A stretch of 64,000 nt of DNA from an uncultured Bacteroides sp. GTDB lineage: Bacteria > Bacillota > Clostridia > Christensenellales > CAG-917. The notes under the pieces were generated by a model that saw only the letters and a program-made list of their open reading frames with translations, searched no databases and was not told the origin of the DNA. Positions within the stretch are counted from its first letter, which is position 1. Each line of letters starts with the position of its first letter. The position numbers were made by a program, and so were the translations under genes. This document shows, piece after piece, positions 48,064-54,846 of this stretch. The DNA lies in the NCBI GenBank assembly GCA_964644355.1, contig CAZXUW010000005.1, positions 24,232 to 88,231 on the forward strand, given 5' to 3'.

Positions 48064-49572
48064 TTAGAACAACTTCTTAAGTCTGTTGATGTATTCCTTG
48101 CTCTCTTGCATATTTTCCTCGCCGAAAAGCTCGCTCAAATAGAGGATCAAGCCGTCGATTTCGTCACGGATGTAGGACAAGTTCAATGATTCAAACTTAC
48201 GGAAAATCTTGTTGCAGAGCACGTAGTCGAGACCGTCGATTTCCGTACCGCCACAGCCAACGTAGCTCGGAACAAACTCTTTGAGCTGTTTCACGATACG
48301 GTTGCCAAACGCAAGACGGAAGTGTTCGATAACATAGTCGTCAAGTTGGTTAACCTTGTCCAAAACCTCTTGAGAGACCTTGTAGATCTCTTGAGATTCC
48401 TTGAACATAGCCTCAAGATGCTTGTAGCTGATAAAGATATTATCCGCCCACGGAGCTTCAAATGGAACGCCCTTGCTGTTGATGTTGATAGGCATAGCAC
48501 GGTCGTAAACCTTATCTGAAATAGCAAACGTGGAGTCGTCGTTGTTTGCGGTGCCGATAAACCACATATTTTGCGGAAGTCTAAATCTACCCTTGTCGAT
48601 ATGCTTGGGGTCGTTTGCCCAACCGGACGGAACGAGGTCAACAATCCACTCGTCACGAGAAGGCATTTCGAGAATTGACAACATTTCTGCAAAATAGTAC
48701 TCAACACGCGCGATGTTCATTTCGTCGAGGACGGTGAGGTAAATTTGGTCATTCCAAGTTGCCTCGTACATCTTCTTCAAAACTTCCGTTTCATTGAAAC
48801 GCTTTGTAAATTCGTTGAAGTAGCCGAAAAGTTCGGTACGATCACGCCAAGACGGCTGAACGGAAGCGATGGTTGCGGGGTTGTTGAGGAAGATACCCAT
48901 AGCGTGCGGAAGTGACGTCTTACCTGTACCGGAAATTCCCTGCAAAATCATAAGACGAGAGGTTGACATACCCGCGATAAACAGTCTTATAATACGTGGA
49001 TTGTAATACAATCTCATCCTTGAGCAAGCGAAGTTGCGGAAGCGGTCGCAAAGCTCGGGAAGTGTGATTTCGTCATCGAATACAGGCGGAACGTAGTTCT
49101 CGTAAATCTTGTCGATTTCGGTGAGCTTGTAGAAACGAGACTCGCCTGTTGGAGACTGTTCTTGTTTTTTCTCGCCTTCTTCTTCACCCTCGTAGTTGCC
49201 GATATCACTCACACGCATACCCAAAATACGATCCTTTTCAGCGGACATTTTGATGATTTGCTTTTTGAGGTTGGCACACTCCTCAACGAGGTCTTGCGGA
49301 AGGACTTTGGTCTTGCCCAAGCGAGAGAGCTTGCGAAGTCCCAGGATAGCAAGCACGATGATTGCCACGATAACGGCAACGATAAGTACGATAAAGATAA
49401 TGGCAACCGCCCATTCGCCGGCACCAAAATATTCTGTATAGTTGGAAAAAGCATCGGTGTAGCCGTCGTTGTAGAAGATATGCAAAAATCCCCAGAAAAT
49501 ACTGCCGATTCCCTTGTCGTAGAAGGCACCGAGAAATGCTTTTAGAAATTCAAAAACCAAATTTATATTCAT
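48064..49572 (-). CDS. Membrane-anchored McrB-like AAA+ (AAA_5) GTPase
   Basis: Walker A GISGTGKTS. McrB box LTVLDEMNIARVEYYFAEMLSILE (compare McrB DEINRANLSKVFGELMMLIE). FIGTANNDDSTFAISDKVYDRA (compare MNTADRS..RRF). The N-terminal TM segment AVAIIFIVLIVAVIVAIIVLAILGL is followed by RKLSRLGKTK. Confidence 0.75.
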   Translation of the reverse strand: MNINLVFEFLKAFLGAFYDKGIGSIFWGFLHIFYNDGYTDAFSNYTEYFGAGEWAVAIIFIVLIVAVIVAIIVLAILGLRKLSRLGKTKVLPQDLVEECANLKKQIIKMSAEKDRILGMRVSDIGNYEGEEEGEKKQEQSPTGESRFYKLTEIDKIYENYVPPVFDDEITLPELCDRFRNFACSRMRLYYNPRIIRLFIAGMSTSRLMILQGISGTGKTSLPHAMGIFLNNPATIASVQPSWRDRTELFGYFNEFTKRFNETEVLKKMYEATWNDQIYLTVLDEMNIARVEYYFAEMLSILEMPSRDEWIVDLVPSGWANDPKHIDKGRFRLPQNMWFIGTANNDDSTFAISDKVYDRAMPININSKGVPFEAPWADNIFISYKHLEAMFKESQEIYKVSQEVLDKVNQLDDYVIEHFRLAFGNRIVKQLKEFVPSYVGCGGTEIDGLDYVLCNKIFRKFESLNLSYIRDEIDGLILYLSELFGEENMQESKEYINRLKKLF

Positions 49573-49651
49573 TTTTCAATCGCGCAATAATGGACAGAAA
49601 TTCCCCGTCACGGTAACGGAAGAAACACTCACACGTTTCTGCAAAAATATA

Positions 49652-49689
49652 GCAAAAAGGCTCCACCGTCCAAAAGGACGGAAAAGCCT
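49652..49689 (-). terminator. Rho-independent terminator between sipW-2 and the McrB-like gene
   Basis: Minus strand: AGGCTtttCCGTCCttttGGACGGtggAGCCT followed by TTTTTGC. It starts 5 nt after the sipW-2 stop. Confidence 0.55.
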
Positions 49690-49693
49690 AACG

Positions 49694-50623
49694 TCATTCA
49701 GAATCGCTATCGCTTATGACAGCATCGTCATCGACGTCTTGAACATCACTCTCGCTTTGAGCATTCTCATCCGTAGCGACGTTTTGGTCAGCATCAGATT
49801 GAGAGAGCGAGGCAAGATATTCTTGAGCAAGACGGCGTTTTTCCTCATCGGAAAGAGCATCCACCGTCACAACTTGCTCTGATTGCACCTTGCGTTCATT
49901 TTCAAGCTTTGCGATGACAAGCGTGCGGACAAGCACAAATGCATAAATCACAAACAAAAGGATGAGCGGAAGCACGACAACACAGAAGAAGCGTGTACGC
50001 CCCTGCTCTGGATCCTGAATCCAGTTGGTGAAACCGCCAACATTCTTGAGCACATCGCCATCCGTAGCGGTTGTTCCATCTGACGAACCCCAAGTTGCCT
50101 TGATGTTGGAAGCATAAGTATTGCTTTCAACGTTGCCGATGATGTCATTGTTGCGTTCACTTTCCGGCTTTGCAAGCTCCGCTGCCGCCTCTTGCCAAGA
50201 GTGATCCTGATTGTCACCTCGAGTGACGTATGCAATCAATTTGCCGTTTGTATCAAACTTTTTCGCCACGATTCTGTGGGTGTTCAAAACACCTGTACGC
50301 ACCCTGAACGTGACAACCTGCCCGATTTGGAGCTCACCATCGGTTGTGTAGTCGTATGTTTTGCCGACAATCATATCGTCCTTGTCAAAAGTCGGACTCA
50401 TAGAGTCGGATGCGACCACCATATACACGGTATCTCCAAAAGTAGGCAAACGGAACTCCTCATCACTCGTAGAAGCAATGGTGAAAATAGCCACAACGAG
50501 TGCAAACACGACAAGCACGATACAGCAAGCCGTTGCCACCCAATTGAGGATATTCATCACGTTCTTCTGCCTCGGAGTGAGTTCTTTCTTTTCTCTCTTA
50601 TGAGAGCCTTTTGCTGATTCCAT
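49694..50623 (-). CDS. sipW: SipW-type (S26B) signal peptidase I, paralogue 2, with insertion and extended acidic C-terminal tail
   Basis: N-terminal TM segment, Ser box VVASDSMSPTFDKDD, His box NTHRIVAK, and TRGDNQD. There is a ~60-aa insertion before the C-terminal TM segment and a ~85-aa tail. A GGAAGG RBS is present. Confidence 0.8.
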   Translation of the reverse strand: MESAKGSHKREKKELTPRQKNVMNILNWVATACCIVLVVFALVVAIFTIASTSDEEFRLPTFGDTVYMVVASDSMSPTFDKDDMIVGKTYDYTTDGELQIGQVVTFRVRTGVLNTHRIVAKKFDTNGKLIAYVTRGDNQDHSWQEAAAELAKPESERNNDIIGNVESNTYASNIKATWGSSDGTTATDGDVLKNVGGFTNWIQDPEQGRTRFFCVVVLPLILLFVIYAFVLVRTLVIAKLENERKVQSEQVVTVDALSDEEKRRLAQEYLASLSQSDADQNVATDENAQSESDVQDVDDDAVISDSDSE

Positions 50624-50791
50624 AAAAACCTTCCTATTGATGCTTCTTCGTCCCCGTCCACGACTTATTGCCCCACCGCCACGCCAAAGGCGTAGCCCGA
50701 AAGAAAACGAATGACTATTGACATCACACGAGCCATGCTTATTGCCCTTGAACGGAATGCTCCGCTTTGCTCGAATGACTTTGTTGTATAC

Positions 50792-50809
50792 GTATAGTTA
50801 TAACTATAC
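50792..50809. promoter_or_regulatory. 18-bp perfect palindrome at the predicted TSS (candidate operator)
   Basis: GTATAGTTATAACTATAC is self-complementary over 18 nt and begins ~7 nt downstream of the -10 box. Confidence 0.55.
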
Positions 50810-50815
50810 ATTAGT

Positions 50816-50844
50816 ATTTTACTAGAAATAACACACTATGTCAA
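50816..50844 (-). promoter_or_regulatory. Strong sigma-A-type promoter of the sipW-2 operon
   Basis: Minus strand: TTGACA (50844..50839), 17 nt, TAAAAT (50821..50816). The predicted TSS is ~50809, giving a ~186-nt leader. Confidence 0.6.
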
Positions 50845-50937
50845 TAGTAATTTACAAAACGGCAGTTTTTGTCCGTAAACGCAATGTGACATAAGGCATT
50901 TGCAATCACCATGATGCTGTTGGAGCAATGCGTCAAA

Positions 50938-51162
50938 GTGCCGATTGACGACACCACTATAAAATGTCAAAGATTTCACAGCACACTGTGCTTGAGATAT
51001 AAAAAACGAAAAATAACATACAGAAATAAGGTTTTTTTAGAAAGGGGGCTTTATTTCGATAAGGAGAAAAACGATGAAAAAGAAAGGTTTGCTTATCTCA
51101 ACAATCGCAATGGTTGTTGTGCTGATCGCAGCTCTTACTACATCAACTTACGCTTGGTTTAC
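50938..51162 (+). repeat. Left arm of a 225-bp inverted repeat (promoter + 5'UTR + first 29-30 codons of TasA-like gene A)
   Basis: Identical to the reverse complement of 53063..53287 at 224/225 positions. The single mismatch is at 51143 (TCA Ser versus ACA Thr). Confidence 0.95.
50975..51003 (+). promoter_or_regulatory. Promoter of TasA-like gene A with a spacer palindrome
   Basis: TTCACA (50975..50980), 17 nt, TATAAA (50998..51003). The palindrome AGCACA-c-TGTGCT (50980..50992) lies in the spacer. Confidence 0.5.
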
Positions 51163-52138
51163 TGTGTCAACCACTACGAATATTGATGGTTTTACCGTCA
51201 GCGTAGAAGCCGGTAACGTTATGGCAATTGGTTTGAACGCACAAGGTTATACATCATACAGCGATGCTGCATCCCCAGACAATTTTGTTTCAGGAACTGT
51301 AACCTATACACATGGTGGTGATGATGATGGTGTTGCTAATGGATATTGGACAGGCAACCAAGGCCTTGGTGCATCTATTTCGCATGATATTGTTTGGTCA
51401 ACTCAAAGTAAAGCTGTTGGATTCTCAAGTGCAGGAGCACTTTCAGGTGCAACATATGCAAACACAAAGTTTTATAAGAATGATGGCACAGTTGAAAATA
51501 ATAACGGATCATCTTTCGATTTAGCAATTGCTGCAAATGGTTCCACAACATCCATGGAAGCTCCACGCCTTGCTATTGAAAACAAGAAAACTACAGCTGA
51601 TACCGACGAGTCCACTAATGGTGACTATGTTTATATGTTCCTTGGTGCACAACCAACACAAGCTTTGATGGATAATACAAACATTTTGCATGTTGTCATC
51701 CAACCACAAGGCACAGGCACAAGAATTGGTATGGCCGCAGCTATCCATGTTGCATACAGAGTTAATGGTGGTGATTGGGAAGATGTTGATGTCTATGGTG
51801 CTGCAAACAAACATTATAATGACGAAAGAGCCTCGACAGAAGCTAAAATTTATGGTGATATTACTGGTACAGGCAAATCCAATGGTTTAGATGCAAATTC
51901 TTTGTCATATTCTACGACAACATATCAAACCACTATAACGGGTGCAAAGAGTGTTGATATCCCGTTGACACAATACACCGATGCTACATCAAGTGCACCG
52001 TTTGATCAAATTGAATTGATAATTTATGTTGCAGGTGCAGACAGCGATTGCCTTGACTCAGCAAAGAATGGTTCTATCAGAATTGGCATATTCTTCGGAG
52101 CACAAGAAGCAATCACTTCAAATGAAGGGAATAACTAA
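51074..52138 (+). CDS. TasA/camelysin-like secreted protein A with SipW-cognate-type signal peptide
   Basis: Signal peptide MKKKGLLISTIAMVVVLIAALTTSTYAWFT (compare TasA ...GGGTWAAFND and CalY ...GGGTFAYFSD). The C-terminus KNGSIRIGIFFGAQE resembles TasA QGNSIKLQFSFEATQ. An AAGGAG RBS is present and SipW genes are adjacent. Confidence 0.7.
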   Translation: MKKKGLLISTIAMVVVLIAALTTSTYAWFTVSTTTNIDGFTVSVEAGNVMAIGLNAQGYTSYSDAASPDNFVSGTVTYTHGGDDDGVANGYWTGNQGLGASISHDIVWSTQSKAVGFSSAGALSGATYANTKFYKNDGTVENNNGSSFDLAIAANGSTTSMEAPRLAIENKKTTADTDESTNGDYVYMFLGAQPTQALMDNTNILHVVIQPQGTGTRIGMAAAIHVAYRVNGGDWEDVDVYGAANKHYNDERASTEAKIYGDITGTGKSNGLDANSLSYSTTTYQTTITGAKSVDIPLTQYTDATSSAPFDQIELIIYVAGADSDCLDSAKNGSIRIGIFFGAQEAITSNEGNN

Positions 52139-52160
52139 TAAAACCAAAATTGATAACGAA

Positions 52161-52188
52161 AAAACACGGCTCGATTGAGCCGTGTTTT
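52161..52188. terminator. Bidirectional terminator between the convergent TasA-like genes
   Basis: AAAACACGGCTC-gat-tGAGCCGTGTTTT. Confidence 0.65.
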
Positions 52189-52209
52189 GCGTTATAAGAT
52201 GATTACGAA

Positions 52210-53151
52210 TTAGGTTGAACTTTCTGCTTTCTTATCTGCAATAAAGTTAATTGTTATAACTGACTTAACGTTTGCTGCATTACTATTGCAGTCTTGATCT
52301 TTACCATTGATAAAGAGTTTAATATGGATTTGATGAATTTCACCTTGTGGGACAATATCAGTTCCGTTGCCAGTAATTTCTATTTCATATGTCTTTGCGC
52401 CAGGATTCCAAGTTATATCCGGTATTTCAATTGGATTATAATTGGTTGTACCATTTATTGTTGTCGTTGCACTATGACCCTCGTACACATCAATTATGTC
52501 TGACCAACTGCCATTATCAATTTTGTAGATGAAAGAAATAGCTGCATTCATGCCCAATACTGTTGAAGATGAATCAGGGTTAACGCCTATAACGCATTTT
52601 ACTTTTGTAACATTTTGTTTGGCAGGTGCAACGCCAAATGCAACGTCCAGATAGTCGCCAGTATTGTCTTCACCTTTGATACCATTTGCAACTGCATTTT
52701 CAATTTCGGTTCTTGTAACATCTTGACCGCTACCAGAAGCTTTTACCCAATTCCCTTCAGGTTGCAAAGTTTCATCAATAGTACCCGAAGAATCATTACC
52801 TGCGACATAGGCTGTACCTGTATAAACAGCTTTCTTCATGCCAGCAAGACTCAAACCGGTATCAACCTCAAAACCAAGACCTTCTGTACCATCCCACGCA
52901 TTTTTAGTGATATCATATGAAAGACCAGAACCGCTAACAAATAAATTTTGTCCGATAGAATCGCCTGTATTTATTTTATTTGTTTTGGAAACACCAATTG
53001 TCAAATCAGAGTCAGAAGTAACTTCAAAATTTATTGGCCTAACTTCAGTTTTCGAAGCTGCTGTAAACCAAGCGTAAGTTGTTGTAGTAAGAGCTGCGAT
53101 CAGCACAACAACCATTGCGATTGTTGAGATAAGCAAACCTTTCTTTTTCAT
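52210..53151 (-). CDS. TasA/camelysin-like secreted protein B with SipW-cognate-type signal peptide
   Basis: Signal peptide MKKKGLLISTIAMVVVLIAALTTTTYAWFT, identical to A except for one residue. The mature part is highly diverged from A. C-terminal motif IHIKLFINGKDQDCNSNAANVKSVITINFIA. Confidence 0.7.
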   Translation of the reverse strand: MKKKGLLISTIAMVVVLIAALTTTTYAWFTAASKTEVRPINFEVTSDSDLTIGVSKTNKINTGDSIGQNLFVSGSGLSYDITKNAWDGTEGLGFEVDTGLSLAGMKKAVYTGTAYVAGNDSSGTIDETLQPEGNWVKASGSGQDVTRTEIENAVANGIKGEDNTGDYLDVAFGVAPAKQNVTKVKCVIGVNPDSSSTVLGMNAAISFIYKIDNGSWSDIIDVYEGHSATTTINGTTNYNPIEIPDITWNPGAKTYEIEITGNGTDIVPQGEIHQIHIKLFINGKDQDCNSNAANVKSVITINFIADKKAESST

Positions 53152-53287
53152 CGTTTTTCTCCTTATCGAAATAAAGCCCCCTTTCTAAAAAAACCTTATT
53201 TCTGTATGTTATTTTTCGTTTTTTATATCTCAAGCACAGTGTGCTGTGAAATCTTTGACATTTTATAGTGGTGTCGTCAATCGGCAC
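53063..53287 (-). repeat. Right arm of the 225-bp inverted repeat
   Basis: Reverse complement of 50938..51162 (224/225). It contains the mirrored promoter (53222..53250) and palindrome (53233..53245). Confidence 0.95.
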
Positions 53288-53676
53288 ATTTGCGTAAAGA
53301 TTTGCGATGCGAATCTTTTATGCAATGATATCCCTTTGGGATGATATCCAACTGCTTTGGATTGTGGCATATCTGACAATGCAGACAAGTGCACTTATAC
53401 ATTATGTATATTAATTATAGCCTTTGCGTATGCCAATGTCAACACTAAATTTGTATTTTTGTGCTTTTTCAGCGATTTAATACAACAATTTGTTTTATTT
53501 TTTAATACTGTTGTCGTTTTATCCAACAGATGTATTGCAATTTTCTTGTTGCTCATCAAGCATTTGTTTTGGCTGTTTTGCAAGATTTTATGAGCAAAAT
53601 GCGGATTTCACCACTCTTAAAAGGATATCATCGGCAAAGCCGATATCATTTGCAAGCAATGCTTGCAAGTTTTTTG

Positions 53677-54759
53677 TCAGCTTGCGTAGAAATTCAAGCC
53701 CATCTTGCAGTAGCCACCGATGGCGGAGTCGATGCAATCAAAATCACTGCCCTCAATCCATATGCTGAGATAGCAGTACATGATGTCTCCCTTGGCTAGA
53801 TCAAGACTGTTTTGAAAGACAAATTCGTCAGATGCGAATGGTGTGGTTGCTTTGTAGCCGTGCAATTGTGCGGTCATCTTGGTGTCTGCATCCGCATTGA
53901 GCATGGCATCATAGTCTTTGAGATAGTAATATTTGCCATTTGGATGCACGTTAAGACCGACTTCTCTGTCGTACGCAACGCATTCGATATAGCCGTCCTC
54001 TGCCGTTCTGCCAACGTTGTAGGCATTGTCGGCAAGACGCTCACTGTCACTCAAAGAGGCATATACGTTGATGTTGGTGGCACTCTCCCCATCTTCAAGC
54101 CCGATAGGATTCTTGAGGCTGTATCCCCACATAACTCGCACGGAGTCTTGCAAATCGTGATCGTCAAACTCAAGCGTCATTTCATAATCGACGTGAGCTT
54201 CCTCGTTGCCGTTGTTGCGGAGCATGAAGGTGAATGCTATATATTGCTCGCCATTCATCTCGCCAAGCTCAAACTCGTCGGCATTGAGCAAGGAATATAC
54301 CTCGCTTTCGCTGAGCGGAGTTTCCGTGCCATAGCGTGAATCATAGCTGATGTTCCAGATGTCATCGGGACCGTCGGCGTTGAGGTATGGCGTCCAATAT
54401 TCATTGTCCATGGACAAAGAAATCGACTTGTCCTTGTTGCGATTGTTGACCGTGATACGCACGTTGTTTTCTTCCATAAGCAACAGCATGATGTACACGA
54501 TTGACGTAACCACAAGAGCAAACACAAGCATGATGAGCATCGCCCTCTTGACCTTGGCACGAAGCTCCTCTCTCTTGACCTTTTTGGACGCAACGATACT
54601 GTCCTCCCATTCCTTTTTCAAACGGGCGGTCTCTTTTGCGGAATTGCGAGCACTCTTTTTGCTCGATTTCGCCTTTTTGGCAGATGAGGACTCCTCAAGC
54701 TCATCGTAAGCTTGCTCGTCCATCTCATCCTGCATTCTTTCAATATCGTTTTCGCTCAT
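53677..54759 (-). CDS. Single-pass (type II) membrane protein with an ectodomain ending in the TasA-like C-terminal motif
   Basis: A charged cytoplasmic N-terminus of 72 aa, then the TM segment AMLIMLVFALVVTSIVYIMLLLM, then a ~265-aa ectodomain. The C-terminus CYLSIWIEGSDFDCIDSAIGGYCKMGLNFYAS aligns with A (LIIYVAGADSDCLDSAKNGSIRIGIFFGA) and B. Confidence 0.65.
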   Translation of the reverse strand: MSENDIERMQDEMDEQAYDELEESSSAKKAKSSKKSARNSAKETARLKKEWEDSIVASKKVKREELRAKVKRAMLIMLVFALVVTSIVYIMLLLMEENNVRITVNNRNKDKSISLSMDNEYWTPYLNADGPDDIWNISYDSRYGTETPLSESEVYSLLNADEFELGEMNGEQYIAFTFMLRNNGNEEAHVDYEMTLEFDDHDLQDSVRVMWGYSLKNPIGLEDGESATNINVYASLSDSERLADNAYNVGRTAEDGYIECVAYDREVGLNVHPNGKYYYLKDYDAMLNADADTKMTAQLHGYKATTPFASDEFVFQNSLDLAKGDIMYCYLSIWIEGSDFDCIDSAIGGYCKMGLNFYAS

Positions 54760-54846
54760 GTGTGTCTATTTGGTTTATATATTCATATATATATATCTAT
54801 TTAAGTATATAACGCTTGATCTTGATCGTATGACTCTTGGCGTGAA

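Noticed and set aside
45217-49572. Interpretation as a canonical McrBC modification-dependent restriction system.
   Set aside because: The McrB-like protein has a TM anchor instead of a DNA-binding N-domain. The McrC-like protein has no detectable PD-(D/E)xK nuclease core. Without these, the classical mechanism cannot be assumed.
50911-51186. ORFs 50911-51186 (+) and 53045-53287 (-) encode nearly identical 80-91-aa peptides (MPIDDTTIKCQRFHSTLCLRYKKRK...).
   Set aside because: They are the 225-bp inverted repeat read in a non-coding frame. They span the promoter, the 5'UTR and the out-of-frame signal-peptide codons of the TasA-like genes and have no RBS. Their identity is explained by the DNA repeat.
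50938-53287. The inverted repeat as a phase-variation (invertible promoter) switch.
   Set aside because: Each arm carries its own promoter and signal peptide, so inversion of the intervening segment would only swap the two gene bodies between equivalent cassettes and would be expression-neutral. No site-specific recombinase is nearby. Gene conversion or co-regulation is the simpler reading. Inversion remains testable.
53288-53676. 390-bp AT-rich non-coding gap with several small hairpins and a 62-aa K/N-rich minus-strand ORF (53395-53583).
   Set aside because: The ORF has no RBS and its composition simply mirrors AT-rich DNA. The hairpins near 53620-53676 are adequately explained as the terminator region of the 360-aa gene. 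No conserved motif was recognised.
54785-54796. (AT)6 dinucleotide tract in the AT-rich spacer upstream of the 360-aa membrane protein gene, as a possible slipped-strand phase-variation site.
   Set aside because: The tract is short, I could not place it between defined -35 and -10 elements, and the whole spacer is AT-rich. This is insufficient evidence.
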